This document shows positions 41,554 through 54,265 of a stretch of 64,000 nucleotides of DNA, in pieces. Location: the NCBI GenBank assembly GCA_047602425.1, contig JASGHG010000001.1, forward strand, positions 3,648,001-3,712,000. Direction: 5' to 3'. A program made the position numbers and the translations under genes. Numbering within the stretch: position 1 is the first letter of the stretch; every line of letters starts with the position of its first letter. The notes beneath the pieces were generated by a model, which ran no database searches, was not told the origin of the DNA, and saw only the letters and a list, made by a program, of their open reading frames with translations. The DNA is from Nibricoccus sp. (lineage in GTDB: Bacteria; Verrucomicrobiota; Verrucomicrobiia; Opitutales; Opitutaceae).

Positions 41554-41934
41554 TTAAGCAATGCGCAGGAGGACGGTGCCTTCTTCGACGCCATCGCCCG
41601 GAGCAATCAACGTGGCGGCGACTTTGCCAGCTGAAGGAGCGTAGATGTAGGTGTTCATCTTCATCGCTTCGATGGTGGCGACTTGGGCACCTTCTTTGAC
41701 GACATCGCCGACCTTCACATCGTAGGAGACGAGTTTGCCGGCGAGAGGACTGACGACGTCACCAGGGGCTGCTGGATTGACGGGGGCTTTTGGGGCGGGA
41801 GCCGCTGGCGCAGCGACAGGAGCAATGCTGGCGGGGGCGACGGGCATCGGCACCGCCGTTTGGGTGCCCTCGTCGAGAATTTCGACAAGAACTTCGTAGG
41901 CTTTGCCCTCAACTGTGACACGGAGTTTTTTCAT
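41554..41934 (-). CDS. mmdC: Biotin carboxyl carrier subunit of methylmalonyl-CoA decarboxylase
   Basis: Ala/Pro linker and EAMKM biotinylation motif. Confidence 0.9.
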   Translation of the reverse strand: MKKLRVTVEGKAYEVLVEILDEGTQTAVPMPVAPASIAPVAAPAAPAPKAPVNPAAPGDVVSPLAGKLVSYDVKVGDVVKEGAQVATIEAMKMNTYIYAPSAGKVAATLIAPGDGVEEGTVLLRIA

Positions 41935-41969
41935 ATGGACTAGATTGACTGGTTGTTCTGCGGGGGTGG

Positions 41970-42344
41970 TTAGCGGACCTTATGGGAAGAATAGATTTGA
42001 CGGCGGCCTTCGGCGGACCACTGGAGATGGCCCGGATCGACGACGACGGTGGAAGGTTTCACGGAGGCGATGCGGGCCTTGGAACCGAGCGTGACAGCGA
42101 CTGCTGCTGCTATGGCGGCGAACACTTCGACCGACGGGCCTTCCGCCGGCGCTGGCGTTGCAACACCAGCGGACGCCGTGGCGGTTTTTGCCGGTTGCGG
42201 CGCCGTCGCGAGCGAGCGCCTGAAGGCGATGATCGCATGGACGAAAGCGGTGAGGCTTCCGAGAATGACGAAGAACGCCACCCATTCGTTGTCGAAAAGC
42301 GACTGGCCGGCTTCGGCCAGCAAGGGTGAGAAAGAGGACATCAT
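41970..42344 (-). CDS. mmdD: Decarboxylase delta (OadG family) subunit
   Basis: TM, Ala/Pro linker, AAIAAAV, W-x3-GR; lies between mmdA and mmdC. Confidence 0.75.
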   Translation of the reverse strand: MMSSFSPLLAEAGQSLFDNEWVAFFVILGSLTAFVHAIIAFRRSLATAPQPAKTATASAGVATPAPAEGPSVEVFAAIAAAVAVTLGSKARIASVKPSTVVVDPGHLQWSAEGRRQIYSSHKVR

Positions 42345-42389
42345 GATTAGAGCCTCGCGCGATGACAGCGCGAGGCAGATTGAAGTCGG

Positions 42390-43943
42390 TTAGAGCGGAA
42401 TGTTGCCGTGCTTCTTGGGTGGACGGGTCTCGCGTTTCGCGAGCGTGTTGCGCAGGGCCATGGCAACGATGCCACGAGTCTGCGAGGGCTCGATGACGTC
42501 GGTGATGAGCGCCTTGCTGGCGGCCTCGTAAGGAGCGGCGAACTTGTCGCGATAGTCGGCGGACAATTCCTTTTCCTTTTTCTTCGGATCCGTTGCGGAC
42601 GAAATCTCGCGCTTGAAGAGAATCTTGACTGCACCTTCGGCGCCCATGACGGCGATTTCCGCGGTCGGCCAGGCGAAGACGAGGTCAGCGCCGAGATCGC
42701 TTGAGCACATGGCGAGGTAGGCACCACCGTAGGCTTTGCGCATGATGACGGTGATCTTCGGCACGGTCGCGGCCGCGTACGCGAAGAGCATTTTGGCGCC
42801 GTGGCGAATGATGCCGCCGCGTTCCTGTTGGATACCGGGCATGAAGCCGGGAACGTCGACCAAGGTGACGATCGGAATATTAAAGACGTTGCAGAAGCGG
42901 ATGAAGCGGGCGCCTTTGTCGGAGGAATCAATATCGAGCGTGCCGGCCTTGACCGTCGGCTGATTGGCGATGATGCCCGTAACAATTCCTTGGATACGGC
43001 AGAAGCCGACGACGATGTTTTTGGCGAAATCGCGCTGCACTTCGAGGAAATCGGCGTTGTCGACGAGGCGGGCGATGACCTTGTGCACGTCGAGCGGAGC
43101 TTTCGGGTCCTCGGGAACGATGTCGTTCATCGCGAGATCCGGTTCCATCGAGACCGAAGGGGTCGGATGGTGCGGAGGATCCATGACGTTGTTCGAGGGG
43201 AGGAACGAGTGCAGCTTCTTCGCGATCTCGAAGGCGTGCTGTTCGTTTTCGGCGACGAAATGGATGTTACCGCTGATGGTCGCGTGGGCGGCGGCGGAAC
43301 CGATTTCGTCCATCGTCACGGTTTGGCCGGTGGCGGCCTTGATGACCTCGGGTCCGCAGATGAACATCTGGGCGTTGGTCTTCGTCATGATGATGAAGTC
43401 GGTGAGGGCGGGCGAGTAAGCCGCGCCACCTGCGCACGGGCCGGCCAGAATCGAAATCTGCGGCACGACACCGGAGAGAAGGACGTTGCGGAAGAAGATA
43501 TTGCCGTAACCGGAGAGCGCGGCGTCGCCTTCCTGAATGCGGGCGCCACCGGAGTCGTTGATGCCAATGAAAGGCATGCCGGACTTCATCGCGTAATCCT
43601 GCAGATTGCAGATTTTCTTCGCGTGCATCGAGCCGAGCGAGCCACCGCCGACCGTGAAGTCCTGCGAGTAAGCCGCCACGGGACGGCCATCAATGTAGCC
43701 GATGCCGGTGATGACACCGTCGGCCGGGAAAACTTTATCGGCGAGGCCGAACTCGTGGCACTGGTGTTGGGCGTGGAGACCAAACTCCATGAAAGTGCCG
43801 GGCTGGAAAAGGGCCTCGAGGCGCTCGCGCGCGTTCATGAGTCCCTTCTTTTTGCGTTCGGCGAGTTTGTCTTTGCCGCCAGCTTCGTAGATGACTTTGC
43901 GCTTTTCTTCGAGCTGCTTCAGGAGGTCAGGCGAGATGGCCAT
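42390..43943 (-). CDS. mmdA: Methylmalonyl-CoA decarboxylase alpha / acyl-CoA carboxyltransferase
   Basis: DSGGARIQEG, GPCAGGA, DVPGF, RKAYGGAY, KKHGNIPL. Confidence 0.92.
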   Translation of the reverse strand: MAISPDLLKQLEEKRKVIYEAGGKDKLAERKKKGLMNARERLEALFQPGTFMEFGLHAQHQCHEFGLADKVFPADGVITGIGYIDGRPVAAYSQDFTVGGGSLGSMHAKKICNLQDYAMKSGMPFIGINDSGGARIQEGDAALSGYGNIFFRNVLLSGVVPQISILAGPCAGGAAYSPALTDFIIMTKTNAQMFICGPEVIKAATGQTVTMDEIGSAAAHATISGNIHFVAENEQHAFEIAKKLHSFLPSNNVMDPPHHPTPSVSMEPDLAMNDIVPEDPKAPLDVHKVIARLVDNADFLEVQRDFAKNIVVGFCRIQGIVTGIIANQPTVKAGTLDIDSSDKGARFIRFCNVFNIPIVTLVDVPGFMPGIQQERGGIIRHGAKMLFAYAAATVPKITVIMRKAYGGAYLAMCSSDLGADLVFAWPTAEIAVMGAEGAVKILFKREISSATDPKKKEKELSADYRDKFAAPYEAASKALITDVIEPSQTRGIVAMALRNTLAKRETRPPKKHGNIPL

Positions 43944-43983
43944 GATGGATAAATTAGGACGATGGAGGGGTTGAGGAAATAAC

Positions 43984-44391
43984 TCACGCCTTCGGTGCGC
44001 AGAACTCGGTCAGCACGCCGAAAGTAGACTTGGGATGAAGGAAGGCGACCAATTTTCCGGCCGCGCCTTCGAAAGGAACTTCGTGGAGCAATTTCACGCC
44101 GGTGCCGGCAGCCTGCTTGAGCTGACCGTTGATATCCGACGTGGCAAAAGCGATGTGGTGGATGCCGCCGGAAGGATTTTTCTCCAAAAACTTCGCGATT
44201 GGGCTTTCCGGGGAAGTCGGCTCGAGCAATTCGAGATGAACTTCGCCCGCGCTAAAGAAAGCGGTTTTGACTTTTTGCGAAGCGACTTCTTCGCGATGTT
44301 CGCAGCGCAGGCCGAGCGCTTTTTCGTAGTAGGGCAGGGCTTCGTCGATGGATTTGACAGCGATGCCGAGATGGTCGATGCGAGTGATCAT
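43984..44391 (-). CDS. mce: Methylmalonyl-CoA epimerase
   Basis: IDHLGIAV, ELLEP, GIHHIAF, FLHPKSTFGVLTE. Confidence 0.93.
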   Translation of the reverse strand: MITRIDHLGIAVKSIDEALPYYEKALGLRCEHREEVASQKVKTAFFSAGEVHLELLEPTSPESPIAKFLEKNPSGGIHHIAFATSDINGQLKQAAGTGVKLLHEVPFEGAAGKLVAFLHPKSTFGVLTEFCAPKA

Positions 44392-44587
44392 TGGAAAGAG
44401 GATAAGATTCTTGCGAAAGCAGACTTCTGACGTGAGGTTCCCATTATTCCGGAAGCGGTCGGACCTTACTGCGCATCGCTTGGCGAAGCGTGGGCATTCT
44501 TTGGCAAAATCTGCGGAGCGAATTAGTAATTCTGTCCTTATAGTTTCACCTCTCGTTTCGAATATTTCAACCACGACTGACTCCATT

Positions 44588-46681
44588 ATGAGCCAAAATC
44601 CGGAAAACAGCCCCGCCCCGTCGCTTGACGCCGCGCGCGCCGCCTATACGCAATGGCGGACCGCCGTCGAGGCCGAACTGCAAGGCGCGCCATTTGATAA
44701 GAAGCTGGTGACACGTACTTTCGAAGGCGTGTCGCTTCAGCCCGTTTACACGCGTGCTGACGTGTCCGGACTGGCCAACCTGGCCTCGCAACCCGGTGAA
44801 GCACCATTCCTTCGCGGGTATTCGAGTAGCGGATACACAGCTGGAGCGTGGGAATTTTGTCAGGAAATCGCGGCCGCAAAATCGCTGGATTTTAACTGCG
44901 CATTATTAAAAGACCTTATGCGCGGACAGGACAGTGTCGCGCTTACGCCTGATCGGGCCACGCGTAACGGACAGGATGCTGACGCCGCTGCGGCTGCGGT
45001 GGGCATCGACGGCGTTTCGATTACCGACCTGAACGATCTTACTGCTGCTTTGCACGGTATCGGTCTGCAAGCGCTGCCGGTTCACATCCGTGCTGGTGCA
45101 AATCCGCTGCCAGTCGCTGCACTCTATCTCGCACACGCCGCCAAAACCAAAGTCTCGGCCGAAAAGCTGACGGGCTCGGTCACCGCCGATCCGCTTGGTG
45201 AACTCGCGGAACAGGGCAAACTCCCAGTCGCTTTGAACAGCGCCTACGATTCACTCGCTGCCTGGACGCAGTGGGCGGCGAAAAACGCTCCCGCTCTGGC
45301 CACGGTCGGTGTGAACGGTGCCCTCTGGCTCGAAGCCGGTGGCAATGCCGTGCAGGAACTCGCCTTCGCCATCGCGGCGGGTGCGGAATATTTCCGCGCA
45401 TTCGCTGCCCGCAAGGTCGATGCTGCGACCGCCGCGCCGCGCATGCGCTTCACCTTCGCAGTTGGCCCGCAGTTCTTCCTCGAAGTTTCAAAGTTCCGCG
45501 CGTTCCGCCTCCTCTGGAGCCGCGTCGCGCAGGGCTTCGGTGTCAAACCCGAGCAAGCCAAGGCCCGCATTCACGCCCGAACCAATCGCTGGAATAAAAC
45601 GCAGCTCGATCCGCATGTGAACATGCTCCGCGTCACCACCGAGGCGTTCTCGGCCGTGCTTGGAGGCATCGAAAGCCTGAGCATCGGCACGTTTGACGAG
45701 GTGCTTGGCGGTGGCGACGAGTTTTCTCGCCGCATCGCGCGCAATCTCCACACGCTCCTTTCCGAGGAGTTTCACACGATTGCCCCGGTTGATCCGGCGG
45801 GCGGTTCGTGGGTCGTGGAAAAAGTCACCGACGAACTCGCCCGTAAAGCCTGGGCTCTCTTCCAGGACATCGAGAAACAAGGCGGCCTCGCCGCTGCGCT
45901 TCGCTCAGGTTACGTTCAAAAGCTCGTGGCGACTTCCGCTGCGGAAAAGGACGACGCGATCAGCAAGCGCCGCTCCGGGCTCGTTGGGACGAACCTCTTC
46001 CCAAATCTAAAAGAAAAGCCGCTCTCCAAGCCCGTCTTTGACCAGGCCGCGTTTGCCTCCGCTCGCGCCACTGAGATCAAGGGCCGCCGCGCCGCTGCGC
46101 CGAAAGTTGCTGCGAACGATGTCGACGCGCTGATCAAGGCCGCCGCTGCCGGGGCCACGATCGGCCAGCTCGCTGCGCTCAGCGCCTCCGCTGCTGAAGC
46201 CGCGATTCCCGCGGTGAAAGCCAAGCGTGCTGCGGAAGGTTTCGAAGCCCTTCGCGCCGCCGCCGATGCGTTTGCCAAGAAAAACGGTTCTCGTCCGAAG
46301 GTCTTCCTCGCGAAGATCGGACCGGTCAAACAGCATAAACCCCGCGCTGACTTCACTGCTGGCTTTTTCGCGGTTGGCGGTTTTGAAGCGGTCGGCAAGG
46401 AGGCGTTCGAGACTGCCGAAGCTGCCGCGCAAGCTGCTGCCGCTTCCGGTGCGTCCGTCGCCGTGCTCTGCTCGACTGACGAAACGTATCCGACGCTCGT
46501 GCCCGCCTTCGCCTCTACGCTGAAGGCCGCCAAGCCCGGCATCACCGTTGTACTCGCGGGCCTGCCCGCCGACAAAGCCGTCACCGAGTCCTTCCAGAAG
46601 GCCGGCATCGACGACTTCATCCACATTCGCGCCAACGTCCGCGAACTCCTCGCCAACCTTCTCAAGAAGATCGGAGCCTGA
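44588..46681 (+). CDS. mutA: Methylmalonyl-CoA mutase small subunit
   Basis: [28 protein letters not shown]; lacks the DxHxxG B12 motif. Confidence 0.9.
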   Translation: MSQNPENSPAPSLDAARAAYTQWRTAVEAELQGAPFDKKLVTRTFEGVSLQPVYTRADVSGLANLASQPGEAPFLRGYSSSGYTAGAWEFCQEIAAAKSLDFNCALLKDLMRGQDSVALTPDRATRNGQDADAAAAAVGIDGVSITDLNDLTAALHGIGLQALPVHIRAGANPLPVAALYLAHAAKTKVSAEKLTGSVTADPLGELAEQGKLPVALNSAYDSLAAWTQWAAKNAPALATVGVNGALWLEAGGNAVQELAFAIAAGAEYFRAFAARKVDAATAAPRMRFTFAVGPQFFLEVSKFRAFRLLWSRVAQGFGVKPEQAKARIHARTNRWNKTQLDPHVNMLRVTTEAFSAVLGGIESLSIGTFDEVLGGGDEFSRRIARNLHTLLSEEFHTIAPVDPAGGSWVVEKVTDELARKAWALFQDIEKQGGLAAALRSGYVQKLVATSAAEKDDAISKRRSGLVGTNLFPNLKEKPLSKPVFDQAAFASARATEIKGRRAAAPKVAANDVDALIKAAAAGATIGQLAALSASAAEAAIPAVKAKRAAEGFEALRAAADAFAKKNGSRPKVFLAKIGPVKQHKPRADFTAGFFAVGGFEAVGKEAFETAEAAAQAAAASGASVAVLCSTDETYPTLVPAFASTLKAAKPGITVVLAGLPADKAVTESFQKAGIDDFIHIRANVRELLANLLKKIGA

Positions 46682-46686
46682 AACCC

Positions 46687-48822
<2,136 letters not shown>

Positions 48823-48846
48823 GTTCTAACAACCGCTAACCACTTC

Positions 48847-48885
48847 AACGTCGGTGACGGCTTCGGCTGTCACCGACGTTTTTTT
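48847..48885 (+). terminator. Intrinsic terminator
   Basis: AACGTCGGTGACGGC-TTCG-GCTGTCACCGACGTT followed by a T run. Confidence 0.9.
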
Positions 48886-49016
48886 GTGACTCGAAAGGAA
48901 GAGTTCGCCCGCTGATGAAATATAGGGGCTCTACATGCCCATTTCTGGAAACATTTGTGATCAACCTTGCCACGTGCGAGCCGTTGATCAGGGTCGAACC
49001 GAAGATCATAACTATT

Positions 49017-49478
49017 ATGCATTCAGAAATTGCGGGTTGGGTGTCGCAGAGTGAAAAAGTAACTGCATTTTTTGGCCATTGGCCTTCGTTCCATGATGCT
49101 GAAGTGGTTGAACTATCTTTATGGCGAGGCCGTATCCGTGAAGAGGAGAATGAATATATTTTTCCTGCTCTTACTTTAAAACTACATCACTGGCTTCTAA
49201 CGAACAAAACCGATGCCCAAGGATCTCTTGTTACTGAAAAACACGCAGTAACAACTTTCCGGTTTGATGGACTTGAGGATTTCCATGCCGATGGATTTAA
49301 TCACCAGAATGCAATTTTCTCTCTCTTGATTGAAAAGAAAAAGAAGACTGATTCCGAAACCTGTTACTACTTTGTTAAGCTTGAGCCTTCATTTGGGATT
49401 GATGCTCAATTCATTTGTAGCGGTATCACGGTGGTTGAATCGCTGGCAACGGATAAGGACGGTAATTTGGTTGAGTAG
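49017..49478 (+). CDS. Imm50-like immunity protein
   Basis: FGHWPSFHDAEV and FNHQNAI signatures; AT-rich. Confidence 0.75.
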   Translation: MHSEIAGWVSQSEKVTAFFGHWPSFHDAEVVELSLWRGRIREEENEYIFPALTLKLHHWLLTNKTDAQGSLVTEKHAVTTFRFDGLEDFHADGFNHQNAIFSLLIEKKKKTDSETCYYFVKLEPSFGIDAQFICSGITVVESLATDKDGNLVE

Positions 49479-49548
49479 GTCCTGTTAGGAATGGAACACG
49501 TTTTTCTGTGCGCTTGACCTTGCTCGTGTTTGGCGCGGCTCTTTTCAC

Positions 49549-50685
49549 ATGACAAAGAAGGAGCGCGAACACTGCCATCAGCCTCGGCCTGATTGGGTGC
49601 CGGAACAAGCCGGACCCGAGTTCACCACGCGCGTAATGGAAGGCGTTACACCGGCGGGTGTGGTAAGCACACATGCGCATACACCGCGTCGGCGTCAGCT
49701 TTCGTTGGACGATTACGTTGCTGGTATTCAGAACCGCGATACAGGCATACTGGCGCGCGCGATCACGCTGGTTGAAAGCAACGCCGCGGCGCACCAGGAA
49801 CTCGCGCAACAACTCCTCGCGCGGGTGTTGCCTCAGACGGGCAAAGCGCTGCGCGTGGGCTTGACCGGCATTCCGGGCGCGGGCAAGAGCACATTTGTCG
49901 AGGCGATGGGCACGTGGCTCTGCGACAAAGGTCATCGCGTCGCGGTGCTGGCGGTTGACCCGTCGAGCACGATTACCGGTGGCAGCATTCTCGGCGACAA
50001 GGTGCGCATGGAAAAACTTTCACGCCATGCCAACGCCTTCATTCGTCCTTCGCCGTCGGGTGGTTCGCTCGGCGGTGTGGCGCGCAAGAGTCGCGAGGCG
50101 ATGCTGCTCTGCGAGGCGGCGGGCTATGACGTGCTGTTGATCGAAACCGTTGGCGTGGGACAAAACGAAGTGACCGTGCGCTCGATGGTGGATTGTTTTC
50201 TCATGCTCATGATCGCGGGTGCGGGCGACGAGGTGCAGGGCATCAAGAAAGGCATCATGGAGCTCGCCGACCTCGTCGTTTTCAACAAGGCCGAAGGCGA
50301 CAACCGTCCGCGAGCGATGGCCGCGCAGGCCGAGATGATTCGCGTATTGCATTACCTGCGACCGGCGACCGAGGGCTGGACCACACCGGCATTATTGGCA
50401 TCGGCACTGACGGGCGACGGCATTCCGAAGGTGTGGGAAACGGTCGAAGAATTTTTCAAAACCGCGCGGCTCGGTGGAGCACTCGACGAACGCCGTCGTA
50501 CGCAAGCAATCTCGTGGATGCACTCGCTGATTCGCGAATCGCTGCAAACCGATTTCTACCACAACGCAGCCGTCGTTGCGCAGCGTGCCGAACTCGAAAC
50601 CGCGGTCGCCAACGGCCAAATGCCCGCGCTGGCCGCGGCGAAGCAGTTGCTCAGCGCCGCCCAAGCAAAGCCGCACGCCCGCTAA
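49549..50685 (+). CDS. meaB: Methylmalonyl-CoA mutase GTPase chaperone MeaB
   Basis: GIPGAGKST, AVDPSS, GDKVRM, ETVGVGQ, NKAE. Confidence 0.95.
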   Translation: MTKKEREHCHQPRPDWVPEQAGPEFTTRVMEGVTPAGVVSTHAHTPRRRQLSLDDYVAGIQNRDTGILARAITLVESNAAAHQELAQQLLARVLPQTGKALRVGLTGIPGAGKSTFVEAMGTWLCDKGHRVAVLAVDPSSTITGGSILGDKVRMEKLSRHANAFIRPSPSGGSLGGVARKSREAMLLCEAAGYDVLLIETVGVGQNEVTVRSMVDCFLMLMIAGAGDEVQGIKKGIMELADLVVFNKAEGDNRPRAMAAQAEMIRVLHYLRPATEGWTTPALLASALTGDGIPKVWETVEEFFKTARLGGALDERRRTQAISWMHSLIRESLQTDFYHNAAVVAQRAELETAVANGQMPALAAAKQLLSAAQAKPHAR

Positions 50686-50736
50686 ACCGGTTCCGGCTCA
50701 AAATTGCTCCAAACGTCCGTCCATTTCCGCGAAAAG

Positions 50737-50759
50737 TTTGTCACGTAATACGTGACAAA
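50737..50759. repeat. Perfect 23-bp palindrome of the TTGTCA-N9-TGACAA type
   Basis: TTTGTCACGTA-A-TACGTGACAAA. Confidence 0.8.
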
Positions 50760-50899
50760 TGGGTTTTGTAGGGGTGGATGGTGGCGGGTATATCGCGGAT
50801 AGGATTGTCAGGCTTCGCGCGCTTGGAACTTTATCCATGGCCGGTTTGGGCCGATACTGGATTGTCGGACGCTGAACGCGGCTGACACAAATTTCCATC

Positions 50900-51340
50900 A
50901 TGCCCAAACCTGCGTCAAAGACCACGCGTGTGATCTTGGTCTGTCTTTGTCTCTTGGGATTGGGTATTGGCTTGTTCTGGTGCGGTCATCGAACGCAGAT
51001 GGCCAAACAAGCTCAGAAAGCGGCTGCCTGGGAAAAGGACGCGGCGCGTCTCGTGATGATCAACGAGGGGACGTGCGAATGGCTTGTCACGATCTGGCCC
51101 GCAGGCGCTGACGACGGCAAACAATGGAAAATGCCCGTCGGACAATCCGCCGAGGCAATGCTAACGGCTGGCACTTATCGGGTGGAGCAGAAGCTTCTGG
51201 CAAACGTGGGCGACGCGCAGATGCGAAAGTTCGCACTGACGCTGGAGGCGGGGCAGGTTTACCGGTGGCGGTTGATTAATTTACTTTCGAGCGACGCGAA
51301 AGAGTGGGCGGTTTCTTTGGACGAGGAGGGCCGGCCATGA
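50900..51340 (+). CDS. Hypothetical membrane-anchored protein
   Basis: N-terminal TM followed by beta-rich domain; ATGA overlap with next gene. Confidence 0.65.
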   Translation: MPKPASKTTRVILVCLCLLGLGIGLFWCGHRTQMAKQAQKAAAWEKDAARLVMINEGTCEWLVTIWPAGADDGKQWKMPVGQSAEAMLTAGTYRVEQKLLANVGDAQMRKFALTLEAGQVYRWRLINLLSSDAKEWAVSLDEEGRP

Positions 51341-54168
51341 GTGCGGGCGATTCCAAGCGTGCGGTGGCAGAGATTCGTTTTGGCGAAGATCGTGCTGGCG
51401 TGGCCAAGGTTGGCGGTCGGTCGATCCACCAATATTGGAGCATGCTTTCGCCGCATTTTCGCGATGTATTTTTGGCGCCGCAGCGACGTTCCGACGATGG
51501 CGGTGTGTCATGGACCTGGCGCGAGCCGGCGGAAAAACAACCGCTGACTGCGGCCGAATTGGCGGGCGTGCGTAACCGAATGGAACGCGCAAAAGAATCG
51601 TTCGAAGAAAATCCCGTAAGTCCGCTGATGAACGAGGCGCGCGGAGGCGGCGCGAGTTCACAGGAGATCGTCGATCAGCTCATGGTGCGCGTGAAGGCGC
51701 TCGCCGAGGGACTCGTGGGCAAGCCCGATGCGGCTTTGGCGGAGTATGTTTGTCGCACGGAAACCGGGGTGATGGTCCACAGCTGGGGGCTTGATGTGGC
51801 GGCTAAAATTTCCCATCCCGATTCGCAGGAGAGCGCGGTTAGCGGTAAGGTGATGTTCGGCGGAAACGGTTCGGCGGGCAACGACGTTGTGATTGAAAAC
51901 GCGCGAGGTTTGCGGGTGGCGAGAACGACGACGGACGAAAGGGGCGAGTTTAATTTCACCAAACTTGCGCCGGGCCGCTACCGCGTGCGCGTGATTTCGG
52001 GGCCGGGCGAATTTTCAAAGAAAGGGATTCTGGTTACCGTCGAACGAGGCGAAACCTCCCGCATCGAATTGCGCAGCACCTCCGATCCTGTGGCTTCCAC
52101 CGCCGGGGGAACGGAGGAAGCCGCGACCGAAAATGCGGCAGAGACGAATGCGCCGATTGTCGCGACGAAGCGTCGGACTTGGATTTGGGGTGCCGCGCTG
52201 GCGGCGCTGTTTCTCTTTGGCGGTGGTGGATGGATTTGGTTTTCCTATTTTAGATCGGCAAAATCGGACACGCAGACTACCCAGCGTGTTTCGACGCTGA
52301 CGCCGGAAAAGTTTTCCTCCGCAAAATCAGCTCCACCAGCTGAAGCACAGACATACGCGAGGAATCACAGTCCGGGTTCGGGGCTGGGAGCTGTGGTCGA
52401 CGGATCGGGGGACACGAAGCTGCCGACGGTGCGTCGCGAGACCCCCTCAATTGACGTGCCGACCTTGTCATCCAGTGCGGAGTTAGGCATGGGATCGGTT
52501 TCTAAAATAGGTACGCGCGTGGAACTTTCCGGCGTAAGTTCTGCGGATATAAATCCAAAGTCGTCGGGGTCGACGAGTGACTCCCGCGCAATGCCGAGTC
52601 CGACGAGCAGTCCTGACGCTTCATTGGAAAAACGGTCGAATTCAGCCGAACCATCAAGTGGAATGGATACCGATGCTCGCGTCAAAAATTCCACGGCGAC
52701 GAGTGTAGCCACTTCGCGCCCGGAAGCCGAATCACGCCCTCCAGCCGACGGCGCACCCGCCGAAGCATTGTCCGGGCATTTGCCGGTTGGCGCGATGGGT
52801 GCAATGCCGGAATCGCCAGCGGGCAGTGATACAGAAAGGAAGCAGGGCGTAGCGATAAATGCTGGTTTGGCTCCCGAAGATAAAAAGGCAGGCGCAGGCA
52901 AGGGGAGCGGACTTCCCATGGCTGTTCGTGCGGAGAAGAAGACGTCATCGGAAGATGCCGCTGGAGCTTCTTCGAATGGTAGAGCAGCTTCCGTCGGTGC
53001 CGGAGTTCAGCGGATTTCTGGACAGGGCCCGGAGGCGTCTGTTTCGGTGGTCGAAAAGCCTGTCAAAAAATCCCAAACTCCCATCGCAACTGACGTTGGA
53101 AATCCCGCGGGTCGCCCGAGTGATCTTTCCAGCGATCCCTCATCACCCGGAGATTCTGACGAAGTCGATGAAAAGCCGAATAATCGGAAAGAACCAAGGA
53201 CCGCTTCCAAGGCTTCCAAACCGGCTCCAAGTGAAGGGCCAGAAGGTGCCACAACTTCTTCTTCGGTTTCGTCTGCATCGGGGACAGGCACGCCCCGCAT
53301 GAGCGAATCGGCGGAGAGTGAACAACCAGAGACACCTGACACCGCCAATGGGTCTTCCGTGACATCATCGGACGCTGGTGCGCCGGACACTCCTGCCGGT
53401 GATAAAAATTCCAGTTCTACGGCCGGATTGAGCGCGCCTGAAAAGATTGGTGATGCAGCCCGTGGCACAGGCTTGCCTCAGAGCAAGTCGTTACCAGCCG
53501 GCATGCAGATCGTGGGCTCGGTGAAGCTTGGTCGGTGGAGTCTGGGCGTCGGACGCGATGCCATTGTGCCTACGATGCCCTTGCGAGAAGGGGCGACCGA
53601 TCTGGCCGAGGCATTGCGTCGAAAGATGAGTGAAGAACAAAAGGCGCGACTGCCTGCGACATTGAAACATCCAAAATTGTTGAGCGGATTCGCCTTCAAA
53701 TTTGCGAGCGGCGTCAAACCGCGCCCCTTGCGTTGGTCGGCTGGTGGGGAGCCCGGTTTGACTTTCGCAGTGGAAAATAATCGTGCCGAAATGGGATGGC
53801 TCCCATCCGAGCCGCCACGCCAGGCGGTGTTCACGCTGACATCCTCGGACGGTGCAGAGATGGCCCGGGTCGAATTTGACTCCACGGGACGAGCTACGGT
53901 GGCGGTGAAGTCAGAATTGCGGGCAATGTTTTTATTGGGCGTGTGGTATGCCGAGACTGAACGTCCAGTTTCAGGGGGCGCATCTCGTATCGCATGGCAA
54001 GTGGTTAGAGGACCGCTCGCCTCGACAGCTTGGACCTACGACAGTCGCTGGCGGGAAGGCGGTGGCTGCAGGTTGGAAGTTGTGCTCAATGGCGCGAATC
54101 CCGCGAACACGCGTATAGCGCTTGTCGACCAAGCAAGCGGTTGGCAATTGGCGACGGAGCTCGAATAA
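51337..54168 (+). CDS. Large membrane protein: SrfA-like N-terminus, prealbumin/carboxypeptidase-regulatory-like domain, TM, long S/P/A/E-rich region
   Basis: TTTDERGEFNFTKLAPGRYRVRV; TM WIWGAALAALFLFGGGGW; low-complexity region. Confidence 0.65.
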   Translation: MSAGDSKRAVAEIRFGEDRAGVAKVGGRSIHQYWSMLSPHFRDVFLAPQRRSDDGGVSWTWREPAEKQPLTAAELAGVRNRMERAKESFEENPVSPLMNEARGGGASSQEIVDQLMVRVKALAEGLVGKPDAALAEYVCRTETGVMVHSWGLDVAAKISHPDSQESAVSGKVMFGGNGSAGNDVVIENARGLRVARTTTDERGEFNFTKLAPGRYRVRVISGPGEFSKKGILVTVERGETSRIELRSTSDPVASTAGGTEEAATENAAETNAPIVATKRRTWIWGAALAALFLFGGGGWIWFSYFRSAKSDTQTTQRVSTLTPEKFSSAKSAPPAEAQTYARNHSPGSGLGAVVDGSGDTKLPTVRRETPSIDVPTLSSSAELGMGSVSKIGTRVELSGVSSADINPKSSGSTSDSRAMPSPTSSPDASLEKRSNSAEPSSGMDTDARVKNSTATSVATSRPEAESRPPADGAPAEALSGHLPVGAMGAMPESPAGSDTERKQGVAINAGLAPEDKKAGAGKGSGLPMAVRAEKKTSSEDAAGASSNGRAASVGAGVQRISGQGPEASVSVVEKPVKKSQTPIATDVGNPAGRPSDLSSDPSSPGDSDEVDEKPNNRKEPRTASKASKPAPSEGPEGATTSSSVSSASGTGTPRMSESAESEQPETPDTANGSSVTSSDAGAPDTPAGDKNSSSTAGLSAPEKIGDAARGTGLPQSKSLPAGMQIVGSVKLGRWSLGVGRDAIVPTMPLREGATDLAEALRRKMSEEQKARLPATLKHPKLLSGFAFKFASGVKPRPLRWSAGGEPGLTFAVENNRAEMGWLPSEPPRQAVFTLTSSDGAEMARVEFDSTGRATVAVKSELRAMFLLGVWYAETERPVSGGASRIAWQVVRGPLASTAWTYDSRWREGGGCRLEVVLNGANPANTRIALVDQASGWQLATELE

Positions 54169-54265
54169 GGCGAAGCGAAGTCGAAGAGCGACGGTAGAAC
54201 GTCGGGGAGCTGAGAGACGTCGGAGGTCGAAGACCGCTGGACCTGAAACTTAGCGGAGATCCGCC

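Noticed and set aside
44392..44587. Cobalamin riboswitch ahead of the mutase genes
   Set aside because: Short divergent promoter region with no B12-box recognised.
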